A stretch of 63,961 nucleotides of DNA, the filler included, from Choristocarpus tenellus KU-1152 (Eukaryota; Protista; Phaeophyceae), in NCBI GenBank assembly GCA_964200185.2. It is 9 parts of 9 records of this genome, joined end to end, with 100 filler letters (N's around TTAATTAATTAA, not from the genome) between each part and the next. Parts side by side here need not be neighbours in the genome. Positions count along the whole stretch, not along the records: positions 34,942 to 40,616 come from CAXNAD020010052.1; positions 40,717 to 57,152 come from CAXNAD020000830.1; 7 more parts are not named here. One strand, given 5' to 3'. Within the stretch, counting starts at the first letter, position 1; the number at the start of each line of letters is the position of its first letter. This document shows positions 37,949 through 50,989 of the stretch, in pieces. The notes beneath the pieces are model-generated. The model was not told where the DNA came from. It saw only the letters and a list, made by a program, of their open reading frames with translations, and made no database searches. A program made the position numbers and the translations under genes.

Positions 37949-40017
37949 TATTTATACTCCCATGCGTGAGACAAAAAGTGAATTCTTTAGAGACACTACA
38001 CCCTCTGGTCAATGGTCTTTTTCATACACTGTTGTGAACTACAGTCAAAGCTTATTGTGTCAAACGCTCCTTTGGCCTCTGTCTATTCCTCTTGCGCAGG
38101 CTAAGATGTACAAGTTCTACACTGCCATCTTTCACCTCAAGTGTAACCTACAACAATGAAGGGACTACACACGTCCTTCATCACTCTGTAGTACCCCACT
38201 GATCGTTATATCACCAATGCTGCAACATACTCTTGCCATATGCAGGGGCTCTTGTCCTGTGCCAAGTATTCCTACACATATCGTCCTAAACCTCTGCTTA
38301 ACTCACGCTGGTCTCCATCTAATCCACAGGTCTGTGATGATGGCGATGCGGAAAAATTGTTACCGTGTACCATCAAGGACAACGAGGTGGAGCACAATAC
38401 AAATTTACCTTTGTGGAGCAACTTCCATGTCCTCGCCAGCCCTCAACACGCCAGAACTTACACGAAGGAGGACTATAGTGCTATGTCCAGGATGGTAGAG
38501 GTCCTGGACAAGACAGCTAAATTCATGCTCATAGCGGGAAAGGAGACCTAGCTTTTTACATGGTCACTGATGAGAGCTGCCCTGTCCACAAGACAGTTGC
38601 AGCTATTAACGATGAGGAGTTTAACCTCTGCATGGGCGTTACGGAGGTTCATATGCAAATAAAATGTGTGAGGGGAGAAGCATAAATGGGGAGGAAGAGG
38701 AAATGGCTCCAACTCGCTCAGGACAGTGTGTTGTAATCCATGCTGTTTTCTTGAATACCATCAAATGGGGCGTAGTACAAAGGGAAATAAACATAAGGGG
38801 GTCATGAGGCTGTGGGCTGCAGTGTACATTGTAAGAATGCCTCCGAGAAGGAGGCTGTGTGTGACGCCCAGGGAATGGAGTTGTCAGATAGAGGGGAGGA
38901 AGAGGCAACTGGATCCGCAACTGGAGAGGAACAGGGTGGGGGCACCACTCCTATTTATGTTGACAATGACGAATAATAACTTCCACTCAGAACATACAAA
39001 GTAGCTCCGAGTCATATGTTGTAATGATGATTTTGTTTTTTCCATGTCTACTCTGGAAGCTATTTAAACCAAATACCTATACCTGAAACATGTAATTTCG
39101 TACATTGTTTCTTAGCAGCCTGCCACCATATCTGTAAAAACACAGTTCAGACGTATGTTCAACTTTGCGATGGAAGGCAGTAGTGGTGTTTTGGGGGCGC
39201 AGACTCCCGACTAAATATATCCGAACAACTCCCAATTTCCATTGCCCCAAACATTAGAAATGGCGATGACCTCATGATAGTATCAAAATTTCTACCAATA
39301 ATACCCACGGTTTCTCACACACTCATACTGTATTACCGATTGACCTTCAACCCTACTTATAACACTGATTTGATAGACTACATGTATGTATGAGTCCCTG
39401 ACGCAGGTACTGCCCAAACTTTTGCCCTCAAGCTATCTTCAGAAACCACGGTAGTAGTCCAGACACCTCAACCAGGTCAGGCCAATCATCCCTTCCCTCA
39501 GGGCGAACAATGTCTCGGCCCTGGAGTTTACTAGAGGAACAGAAAAATTGGAAACAAGTGAGAGGGTTATCTCATTTTGAAAATTGAAGAAAGGAAGATA
39601 CTTTGAAACACTTTTCTACAAAAATAGAGAAGAACAGTAGTATTATATTTTGTTGTGATTTACCACAAAGCAGAACCACGAGTAACTTACAAGGATATAA
39701 AGATCTTAGCATACAATATTTTATAGGACAAAAATAGTGCGTATGCACTAATCGGTCAACAAATCTGAAAGTTCCTTGAAAAGAACATGTCTTCTCCTAC
39801 TTCAACTTACTTCCAAATGGGGAATTGTCACATGTGAAAGTTAGACACAAGAACAAACAAATCGCATCAGTGTGTGGCAACTCAAATCGTTAACCAAGAC
39901 TACATTGGAATTCTTTGTGTGAAAGAAAAACACAAGGGATATACTCCAGAGAATGATTATTATTGTAGTCGAGAGTGCGACACATGATAGGTAATGATTC
40001 ATCATGATGAGATGTCA

Positions 40018-40276
40018 GAGCCAATATATCTTAGAGGGTAGAGTTGCGTCCATTTGGGGACTAAAATCCAATGTTGCGATTTTGATGTAGTTTTGGCTAT
40101 CGTGTTTGTTAGGAAGTGTCAATATCCATGTATTGGTCACAACTTTTCATAACGTATACACTTTCCCTATTCCGAACCATTTTGGAGTAGGAAAATGTCA
40201 TAAAAGAACCCATGGGAAGCCAAGCCCCAAATGGACAAACAGGGAAAAATTCGTACCCTCTAAGATACTTTCACTC
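40018..40276. mobile_element. MITE family A, full length
   Basis: GAGCCAATATATCTTAGAGGGTA / TACCCTCTAAGATACTTTCACTC; GTCA on both flanks. Confidence 0.9.
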
Positions 40277-40716
40277 GTCAACTTGAGTTGTAAGTATGAC
40301 ATTGGGAAGTTCTATCGGAATAATAAGCCAGGAGAGCTCCAGGAACTCTCTTCCGTTCCACCAGAGAGAGGGAAAAAAATATGCATTCAAGGGGTGGGAT
40401 TCATCAGTCTCTTGAACACGATTCCAGCGTTCACGACGCTTACAGATCAAATTTCCATAACAAGGCTGCTGGGGAGAACTAGCAAGCACACCACTGAATA
40501 ATCTCCACAAAAGCAAGCAAACCTTTCACAACCATGATCTCTCCTTCCCCCCTCCAACTCTAATATATTCTCCTCGAGGGCCAAAAAATATCTGCATTGT
40601 ATACTATATAACAGGGNNNNNNNNNNNNNNNNNNNNNNNNNNNNNNNNNNNNNNNNNNNNTTAATTAATTAANNNNNNNNNNNNNNNNNNNNNNNNNNNN
40701 NNNNNNNNNNNNNNNN

Positions 40717-40885
40717 GTCTGGTGGAGAATGGCGGCGGGCCTCCCTAGGTCAAGTCCCAATTGGCACGCCTTGTGTGTGCCCCCCCCCCCCCCACAGATA
40801 ATTTGAGCCAAGTGCACTTTTCCTGATTTTGCCCCAAATGGACACCCTGCTGTAGACCCCTCCTCCCCCACAGATACTTTGGTCC
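40717..40885. mobile_element. Two nested family B MITE ends (40717-40809 inside 40810-40885)
   Basis: Two termini: CAGATAATTTGAGCC ending at 40809 and CAGATACTTTGGTCC ending at 40885. Confidence 0.7.
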
Positions 40886-41400
40886 TCACGTAAAACCAGG
40901 TTTCACCCACATGGATCGTGTTCGTCATGAAGGCCTACACACTACGTTTCCAGTCCACTTGATCGCAAACAAAGTCTATTCTCCATACCTTTTGCCACTA
41001 TTTAAGCTTAGGTGTGATCCAGCAGAGATCCGGCATGGCCCCCATATCATCTAACACGTGTTAATGATGCTCGTGCTATAATTCAACCCCTTGGCGATCA
41101 TCTTCATTGTCATCTGACGCACTGTGGATGGCCGATTATCAGAGTTGATAATATGTATTGCGACCACCTTAGTCGGTGTGAGCTCCGAAGGCTGCCCACT
41201 ACGTGCCGCCATCCCTAGGTCAAGCGTGTGGCCACGGGCGAGCTGATTGTTGATGTCCTCCCAGAGCCCTCGTGTGTAACGCTCGGACACTACAAACTCT
41301 GCTGCGAGGGCCACGCCAATGTGTCACGGCAGTTTGTGCTCACCAGGGACCATCGCGAGGGTGTGGCACACTGCAAGCGCAACCCTGGTATTCAACGACA
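40886..41400 (-). pseudogene. Second DD39D-type mariner transposase relic (N-terminal half)
   Basis: LAAEFVVSERYTRGLW...ARSGQP (HTH region) through IHVGETWFYV; 40900-41025 is near-identical in reverse complement to 36916-37050. Confidence 0.85.
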
Positions 41401-42161
41401 CTTGGGCACCTTTCCTACGTGGGGGGGGTCGATACATATTCGGGGGAACTGTGAGGGTAGGTAGCAGATTGAACCCTTGGAGCAATCAAACTCTCAACAA
41501 TAACAGCTTACGCAACTAAAGCGGTTCTTCACCCTTGCTATGCACAATACATTCAATAACTCCACGAACTGCACTCACGATTCCCATCTCCTGCACGGGC
41601 TGCGTGTGACTATGACCTTGACCTCCCAAACTATGCACAGAGTGAGTTGAAAAACCAATGCCATGTCTGATGAATCCTGTCCTGGTCTTGTTGATGTTGT
41701 AGTCTACTTCAACAGTTATCATAAACCTCTTGGTATTGTATGTACTTACAATCGCTTTCTTGGAATACACTAAACGAGATATCCTTGAATTATTCCTACG
41801 TTTTAGAGGTCTGGTTGTCCGGCATATGGACTAGGAGTCCAAGCTGAGGATCCTTATCCTGCTACAGTGTGTTTCTGCAGTTCCACATACTTGTTGTGGA
41901 AGGCCCACAGTAGCCCAGTATGGTCTCGTAGGTGTGTAAGGAGGTTTGTTATAGGCGATAAGTCTTGATGGCGGTTTCATAAACTTATCGCCATTGAAGT
42001 TCTACATTGTTTTCGAGTTCTATTTATATGATGACAATACTTATGAAGTGAATAATCGAAGTGAGAGATCCAGAATACTTGACGACATTTACATTATGGA
42101 GCCTTGTACGAGCTTCATAGACCACATACATTCTTATGGATTGGGGGTGCATATAATGTGA

Positions 42162-42258
42162 GCTTGTGGAGCGTTTTGTAACTTAGAGGTCGCTTGTGGA
42201 ACGCGTTGTAACATCGAGGTCCATGTTACAACGCGTTCCACAAGCGACCTCCAAGTTA
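42162..42258. repeat. Two 30-bp direct units followed by an inverted copy, forming a 36-bp stem with an 8-nt loop
   Basis: TAACTTAGAGGTCGCTTGTGGAACGCGTTGTAACAT (42179-42214) vs ATGTTACAACGCGTTCCACAAGCGACCTCCAAGTTA (42223-42258); one mismatch. Confidence 0.9.
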
Positions 42259-42878
42259 GGTCCTACCGAGACTTTGGCATTGTAACAGGTCGTGTCATGC
42301 TAGTTTCAATTTGTGAGTAGATCAATTGACAACAATGATTCGCAACATGTCTGTGTAGGTTGGTGTAAATCTGTTGACAATTGTAAGAGAAAATATTGCG
42401 AAGTGAGTTGGAAGGATGAACTTTGATTCACTGGTTAGCACGCATTAATTTGAAGCATGGTGCAAATCATGGGTGAACATTAGACAAATGTTTTTGATGG
42501 AAAGGAGGTAAACACCACGTGCTCAGACCCTTGGTTACATACAGACAATCCAGAAAGTGAATAGAAAAGGCACGTACTTGAACTACTATCATAGTATTTG
42601 ACAAGAGAAAGGAGATACAGAAATGCCACAAAGCAGAAAAAAGTGGGGAAATAACAGAAAGTTTGTAAATGCACAAAATTGGCACGACATGCAAAAAATG
42701 ATATTGTTGTGACTTTGCTACTGACTGAAGGTAATGAGTGCAAATATGTCAATTTTATTTGAGGTATGTTCACCTACCCAGTGTATTAGCACTGGGTGCA
42801 AACCAGTAGGGCATGGCAATGTCTACATGCGCTGGTATGGATACTAACGTTTCACAACCTACCTTACTACTTGGCTTC

Positions 42879-43136
42879 GACCCAGAGCATTTAGGAGGGT
42901 AGGAGTTTTGTCCTGTTTGTCCGTTCAGGACTTGACTTCCCTCGGGGTTTTATGCCTTTTCTCGGTTTTCAAAACTTTTCGGAGTAGGTGAAATGTATAC
43001 GACTATGAAAGGGGTGTGAAGAGCAAGGATGTTGGCACTAGCTAACAAACACGATAGCCAAAATTTAGTAAAAATCGCAACTCTGGATTTTGGACCCCAA
43101 ATGGATGCGGGCCTACCCTCTTCAATGCTTTGACTC
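42879..43136. mobile_element. MITE family A variant (reverse orientation)
   Basis: GACCCAGAGCATTTAGGAGGGTAGG / CCTACCCTCTTCAATGCTTTGACTC; TSD TTC at 42876-42878 and 43137-43139. Confidence 0.82.
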
Positions 43137-44283
43137 TTCGCTTGTCGACAATTTGTTCCTTAATATGTTGTGTTGCATTTTAAAGGGGAAGGATGGAAGA
43201 GCACAGCAACTTTGTCCAACTTGTGGATGCGAAACAGTTATGAAGATACCATCTTGTTTTATGCTCACCAACATCGTCTAAAATGCCTCAAGGGCGGGGA
43301 AGAACCAGCACACAACCAGATTACTCCATGAGCACAATAACATCAAGTGTGCATCTGCTTACGTCAAACTACAACCCAAGCATTTTCAACTTAAACTTTT
43401 CTATTGTGTAGTATCACAGTTGAATCAAAATTGAAAACTGGAAATGGACACCTTCCAACACGACAACAGTTGTGACAACATATATGCAGTTAGTGAAAGA
43501 CTAGACATACAATACAGGTGGAGTTTCTGTTACAAATTTCACTTTGAAAGAAGTCAAGATACAAGGGAAGAATCCCTGAGAGTCCGTCAGGCCCACCAAC
43601 CCAGTGCTACCCACCTAAGCACGAGACACAATATGGCTATTTGTGCCATTTTGGACACAACAGTATGTCGCAGCCCCGCCTTTCCGCCCCCTTCTTCCCG
43701 AACTTCCCTGTCCGCCTTCCGCAAGCCACTCGAGTTGCTACTCCATCCAATAATTTGTTCTGTCTGTATGCCAAGACAACCAACGTTTTCCACCGCGAAT
43801 GTTAGAGGTTAAGACTACAAATAATTAAAAGACCCCTTGTAGTGGTTCAACTTACGGACCTCAACTATTGCAGCAATAACGCTATCGTTAGATGCAGATG
43901 CCTACAGGTTCCAGTCAGTCTGTACCCACCAAAGGCCACATGTTTCAGCCTCCAATACTTTTTTCAGCCCCAGCAATGTGCATAAGAACCGCATTAGTCG
44001 TGTAGTACATTGCTTCTCGGTGCTTGATGGTACAAGCTAGTTACCTGACCCAAAGATAGTAAATTGTATCAACTCAGATATTTGTTTTGGCATATCTCAA
44101 TGTTTGGTTTATTATTCATGATATGTATGTAAGTGATCAACCTGATCAATGCCAGGTTATACTGCAACCTTGATTCATTTTGGCAAGTTGAATGAGGCAT
44201 TTTGTTAGGTCTGTCTGACCTCTTCCTACTCAAGTTGATTACGATGTGAACAAGACGATATACTATAATCGCCCCAAATCAAA

Positions 44284-44636
44284 CCCCAGAGGAGACCTTT
44301 TTCCAGGTTGGGTGCCACGACTATCTTGTACAGCACCCTGGCATGGGATGCCACGTCTGTGGGAAAATTCTGGTTCATGAAGGTTGAGACTAGAAATCTG
44401 CAAGGAAAGCTGCGAGTAAAAGTATCATAGAGGAAACGAGTTTGCCCTGTTTGTCTGTTCGGGGCTTGGTGTACAACGTTTTTTGTATGACATTTTCTTA
44501 CTCCGCAGATGAGGCCTTTTTCCAGGTTGGGTGCTACGGCTATCTTGGATAGCACCCTGGCGTGGGATGCCACGTCTGTGCGAAAATTCTTGTTCATGAA
44601 GGTTGAGACTAGAAACCTGGAAGGAACACTGTGAGT
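44284..44636. repeat. ~133-bp direct duplication (44284-44417 and 44503-44636) flanking half of a family A MITE
   Basis: CCTTTTTCCAGGTTGGGTGC...GGGATGCCACGTCTGTG...TTCATGAAGGTTGAGACTAGAAA occurs twice; the spacer starts GAGTAAAAGTATCATAGAGG. Confidence 0.85.
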
Positions 44637-45194
44637 GGAAGAATCTGTAGTAGATGCATTTCTTGCCATACAAATTCCCCCTTGTGGGAAAAAAGGAAGG
44701 GGAACAAATATATTTATATAGGCAAACCTGAGTAAAACCGTCTAATGTAAAGCAAAATGTACCGATGGAACCGTTGTACAAAAATGAAGCGCTGATCATA
44801 ACCAATACAGACCCTGTTTGAAATGATGAGATAAAACAACACTAGAGATTGTTGGCCCACATCCCACATAGAATTGGGTACGCCATCCCTAAGGGGGTAA
44901 TAAAACCAAACACAAACACAAAATCCAGCCATTACAAGAAGGTGGAGAGGTTGAAGGTAGAAGTTGATGGATCCACGTTGTGGTTTTGGATCAGAGAAGG
45001 ACGGCGTCGAGTTACATAGATTACCGAAGAACCTACCTCAAGGTTGTACCTGCATTGTGAAGTACTCCTGATAAATTGACTAGGTTTACAGGGTTTGACG
45101 TTTAGGAATGGTTGAAGTTGTGGTTAGATGATGTGATTGTGTAAAGGTATATTGCATTGCCGAGGTTTTCGTGTGGTCTTCATCTTTGTACTAC

Positions 45195-45270
45195 AGTATA
45201 TGTGCTGTTGTTGTAGGGCCGTTGAACTGGAAGATCTTCCACACTTAGTTGTAGAATGTACACTTGGTAT
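45195..45270 (+). mobile_element. Possible LINE ORF2 C-terminal CCHC zinc-knuckle relic
   Basis: MCCCCRAVELEDLPHLVVEC fits CxxC...EDxxHxxxxC. Confidence 0.4.
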
Positions 45271-47690
45271 GTTTTGTTATGTTCTCGTACGACCCTTTGC
45301 AATACTTGAAGTGTTACATGGTACCCAATGAATAATGCAATGCATTTCCTGCTACTTTGTACCGACTTGGACAATTTAGTAGCAACGTTCAGTCATGGTA
45401 TCGAAAAATTATTTTCGACAAGGTCCTCTTTCCCATATTCTTCTTATGTATCATTTGAAAATTCATGTTTGGGAACTGACCAATTGAGTCGGCACAGCCC
45501 TATTCTACAACCCAAGTTCAAACCTGAAAGTAACCCCAACGTAGAAGCCTCCGCAACTGGACTGATTGTTGTCACTGTCAGGTTTTACAAGCATTACTCC
45601 AGTACTATAGAGAACCCATGGTTACCCGTAGCACAAGGAATATGACAAGATGAGTTAAATGAGGTAGATATTTGCAAAACACCCTTGAAATAGAGCAAGA
45701 GAACGTTCAACTGGCAGGTGTTCTTCACTATTCCAAAGCATACCACCAGCATCAGTACCAAGCAACACTTTTCCGAGGAAGAAGAAACGGGTCCAAGGTT
45801 CGATGGGGCATCCACTCACTCAAACACTAGTCCAGTGATAACCACAAAGAAAAAGAGAGAAGTCGTGAAAGTTCATCCATTTAATGCTACAATTATATAT
45901 ATATATATAACGGGAACGACTTCTTATGGAGTCATCTTATCTGAGTGGGGAGTTCTGTTGACTACTTTAGGATCTCATTTGACTCCCTTCTCATACATGC
46001 CCTTCCAGCACCTTGGAGGTCGATTTCACACTTATGTGGACGACCCTTCTTCTCTACTACAGCCACGGCCTTCCCTAAGGGGCATGCAGAAGTGGCGTGT
46101 GATGCAGATTTCAATACCCTAAATACTGTAAAGGACCTAAATTAACCCCCGTCTAAGATAAGATGGATAGTCAATTAGGTATTGCCAATGCTACAAGTAG
46201 GCATGGAGAGAAGCAGAAGGGAAGGAGGGCGATATGGTGGGCACAATGAAAAATAATTGAGCACATTCTTTTTGGATAATGTTGTTGGATAATAAGAATG
46301 TTCACTGCATTTTATTGTAGCGTGGATGAGGTTGTAACTTGGCATGAATTCTGAGGGTTCAAACTTACTGAACGACATGCCTTTTTCTATGGAAATCTGG
46401 TTTCAATAAACGGTAATAACAATATCAACACTCCCACACAAGGTAGGTAGGTATTGTGAAGGGAAGGGGGGTGGGATAATAGTCACAAATGTAGTTGCAT
46501 AACGTTATCCGCCATTCTTCTTCTAGCGAAAGGTATCATACCTCTCACAACAACATTTTTAGGGGGTGGGAAGGACTGATAATGTGTTTTAGTATGACTA
46601 CTAGACGCACCATTATATCTTACTAGTATGGATCATTATACTATTTATGACATAAAGATATTTGATTGTGGATGTAAGTGAGGCATTTTTGAAGTAGTAC
46701 TGCCATAGAATGAAGCACAAATACTAGAAATAGTCTACGAAAATAAAATAAACCCAATATGGGAAATTGATCTCCTTTCTGTTCTTGATTGAGTAATATA
46801 CTTTAGTGATTAGATGTTGAGTGTAATTCCCCCAACATTTCGGTCAGGACCCAGCCACCCAATCAAAGGAAGTAATCAAATAAATGACTTTGCCCTAGCC
46901 CTAACCCTAGAAATAGGTACTCAGACAGGCGTTTCACGCAATCCTCAACCCATGCCATTTCAAGAAAGAGACATTACTTACACGACATACACGAGAAGCA
47001 CCTCGACAAGATTAACTCGAGGTGGTAAGAACTGAATTTGAGCAGGGCGAAATGTGAACTACTTCTGGAGGGTGTTCAGTTCTCGAGTTGTGGTGAGGGT
47101 TGTCGCCGGGCAAGATCTGGAGTTGGTCAGGTGTGTATTATTTATCGAGGAGTTCTTGCAATGATTTCCTGCAATTGAGAACATTGGTGCCTTAACGTCG
47201 TATAAGGCTGATGGATAGTTGTTGCTGTTTAAAGCTTTGACCCGGTAGATTGCGTAGCTGAAATTACATGCACGTACTGACCACACCATGTAGCCGCACC
47301 ATGCACGTCAATGTCTCCAGGCCCAGAAAGGTCGGTGCTATGATACTGCTCTGCAACAAACGCTAGTGATCTATTGAGCAGGCCAAAGTGCTCGTATCCC
47401 ATATAAAGAAAGGAAATCAATCATTTATCTGGGGTGGACTGCCCCATTTCCCTGGGGAGATATTCATGGAAAGATTGATCTTCGCTGATGCAGTCAGCAT
47501 CATCTTGCGCAGTGTAAGGCTCTAAAACTCGAGCAACTCAATCAGTTGTGCAACTCATTCCCAAGAAGATCTAGAGTTAGTGTGTGTACAGTGAATTTGG
47601 GAAACAATTGTACATCACAACGAAACTTAACGACACTTAACGAAATGTTCAATACTATCACTTTCCGACCACCGTGCAAATCACGTGTAG

Positions 47691-50600
47691 ATGGTTGAAG
47701 AAGCAGAAATATACGAGGATGACTTCGAAGTTGATTGCAGTGAACACAGTAACAGCTGGCCTAGCACAGATGGATGCGAGAAGAACAGTGTCAGTACAAC
47801 TAATAAGGGGAGCTGGACCAATATTCAGTTCAATGAGGTCACCATCGGGGAGCGCATAGGCGGTGGGGCGGTGGGGATCGTTCAGAAAGGCTGGTACAAG
47901 GGGCGCGAAGTTGCACTGAAAACCTTGGTGAGAGGAAGCTGAGAAAGCTCGGTGTTGTTTGTCACTTTTCACATTACACATTCTAAGAATACCCTACAAT
48001 CAATCGGCTCCATCTGCAATTCAAGATCCATGTCTGTAGATCGCAATATTCGACGACAACATCTTCTTTTTTGTTCCCTTGGCCAGTTCAACTGTCGGGT
48101 TGATGATGCAGTCATTCAGGAGTACATGGATGAACTCAATGTTCTCAGGTATGCTTCGAATGTATAAACATTAAAAGGGATCTTATCACAACCAGCCAGG
48201 CCAGGCATGGTTTTGGTTCCAAACAAACAGGTTTTATATAAGTTTTCATTGCTTTTGTTCAACTGGTTTCGTGTGTATGTGTATCATGAGTAATTTCCTT
48301 GATCTAATGTTACTCTACCTGAAATTTTCTCTCATTAGAAAAAATGGTGATATGTCACCATTTTTTCTGTGCAAGCTTCGATTACAGTCCATTGATTCCT
48401 CCGAGAATTAGTTCCCTTGGATAGGACAGAGTTTTAGTGGAGCAAGGTTGATTGGCTCAAAGTAGAGAAATAATTTCCACTCACTGGCAGCAACTCCAAT
48501 AACCACGTGACATTCTACCTTCATGAAAAACATGTTGTCAACAAACATTGGACGACAGTCAACTGGACCACCCCAACATAGTTGGTCTCCTTGGCGCATG
48601 TGTGGAACCTCCTAATCTCTTCTTCGTGATGGAGCTGTGCCTACATTCCCTCTTCCACTTGCTGCATGAGTGTCGACGCAGCCTTAGCACCAAAGAAATA
48701 TTGCACATGGCGGTGAGACATGCTCAAAACTCCTACTGGGATGGTGCTGCCCAAGGCATTTCCGAACGTCCGTATTGAAATTTGTTAACAAGCTGCTGTG
48801 TACATTCGATGTAGGTCATGCCACATATTACAATATGCACACTGGGTGCACTCCTCCTTGTTTCTCTGGATCGTTTTTCATTGCATCTTTACCACTGGGA
48901 TTTGAAATGCAGTTGATTCCCTTAATCCCATTTTCTCTTCCTGCCTGGTTGGAAGCGGTGAAGGTACAATTATCTCCTGTAATCATGCCCCACTAACCAC
49001 ATTACTTCCCACTTGCCTCCAGCTAGATGTGACCAAGGCAATGTCCTACCTTCATGCGCATCGGCCCCCAATAATTCACCGAGATCTCAAGAGTCTGAAC
49101 CTGCTGCAGTCAAAGGAAGGAGGACCGCTCAAGCTGTGCGACTTTGGTCTTGTAAGGTGCTTGAATAATTTAGTCTTTGCTTATTCTGGGAGAGCAGCTG
49201 GTAGGAAGTCAAACATTGCTTAAGGCACTCCTATAGAGTACTAGCAGGGAGTGTGTCAGTTCCATTAGCAATAGGTTTTCTGGCTTGAAGTATCTGGGGG
49301 GGGTGGGGGGGGTGGCTGTCTATTTGGAGCCCATTTTTGCCTGTCGCGATTTTTTGGTGGTTTGGTTGCCTCCGCTGGATGGATAATGTAAGCACACTTC
49401 TCCTGGTCAGGGCTCGAATGGACACCCAGGTGTAGATTCCCCCCCCCCCCCCCCCCCCCCCGCCGTTAATCCCCTCCCAGATACTTTGAGCCTCTGCAGT
49501 ACAGTATACTATGCCACATCCTCCAGAGTTCTTTGAAACACATATAACGAGTGCTAGTAGTATGTACGTGCTACTGCCCCAACTAGTTTAGACTATAATC
49601 AGAGCTTGTGAAGCAACACCTATTTTTCAGGTATGCAGCAGGCACCTTTAACAAGCCAGCTCTCTCTCACACACATATATTCAGGGTTTCAGTAGTTCAC
49701 TCTGCACAGAAACGTGGCAATAAGTCCTTCAAAGTGCGAGCAATATTTTATATTCCTACTACATCCTATTTTTCTTATTAATATAATTCCTATGTACTTC
49801 CGAATGCATATTATACACCTCAGTTCCCAGAGAACAGACATCTCAAAGTTAGTTTACCCCATGGACCTGACTATTCCGTGTAACATCCTGTTCCGTCCTC
49901 TCCCATAATTTGATGTGTAAAGGACCAAAGTCACATCAGCTGGTACCCCAGCATACATGGCACCAGAGCTTCTTGAGAATCGCCCATTCAACAAGAGTGT
50001 CGATGTCTATGCCTTTGGGTTCCTACTGTGGGAGGTGAAGTTGACCCTTTATTTGTGTGCGGCATCAGGAAGCCAAGTTGGTGGTCCAAGAAATGCACTC
50101 TTCCTATGTTTCCAGTTTGCAGCGGAGGACTGTAGTGCTGTGTGTGTTTTGACCCCGGGTCACACAGCACAGGGCCTACAGAAGAAGTCTCCAAGCCCAT
50201 CTTGCATGCATTGTTTTCACTGCCTTATATCCTTCTTTTTTCCTTGGAGGTATACTGCATACTTTGAAGCAATGTTGTCATGCTTGAGTCTTGATTAGGG
50301 CCACCAAGGCTGTTGCAGGGAGCTATGACTTTCTGGCACAATACCTCCTTCTCGCGTACCTCTTTGTACAGTTCCCTGTTGTACATCAAATTTCTATCGA
50401 ATTTTCTGGCAGCAACTGTCTACATCACCACCTGAACTCATCCACCCACCATCTGAAAAGATGTTCTCCTCTGAGGTGCCCTTTCGAGGCTACGAGCTCT
50501 CTGACATCCGGGAGGCTGTGCTTAGCGGGACCCGACCAAAGGTACTTGATCTGCTCTTTTGTGGGTGTGATTTGTGCATCATGCAAGATAGATTTGTGTG

Positions 50601-50989
50601 CTTCCAATCACAAAGCAGATTGCCATCACATGAAGTTGACAATCAATACGAGGAGCTCCAAACTGTGCTTTTTCTTTTAGGTTCCTCGAGGGGAGTGCCC
50701 AGAAATTATCCGGTACCTCATTTCCCGGAGCTGGGCAGAAGACCAGGCACAACGGCCAGAGTTTGAAGAGATATTGACAGCTTTGGAGAAGACTTTGAAT
50801 GAGATACCAGATGCCACGCACTTAGAGGTGAGCTATTAAGAATAAACATACACCACAAGTCTGGAAGGCAAAGTATCAAGGCTATGCATTGGACACATTG
50901 ATCACATTGACAGGGGCAAAGTGTATGTTTCCCCCCATCTTCGCTAGGTTGCTGCTGCAAATGATGTCTTCTTCAGATTATTGCACTGA
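47691..50989 (+). CDS. TKL/Raf-like Ser/Thr protein kinase; exons 47691-47927, 48087-48148, 48559-48712, 49023-49156, 49923-50034, 50461-50541, 50681-50827, 50948-50989; ~322 aa (an upstream exon is possible)
   Basis: [64 protein letters not shown]; all exon phases consistent, GT-AG introns. Confidence 0.93.
49282..49492. mobile_element. MITE family B variant in kinase intron 4
   Basis: GGCTTGAAGTATCTGGG / CCCAGATACTTTGAGCC; TSD TCT at 49279-49281 and 49493-49495. Confidence 0.85.

Noticed and set aside
44540-44600. RRGIPRQG resembling the LINE RT 'GxxQG' motif
   Set aside because: No neighbouring RT motifs (no YADD); too short to support.
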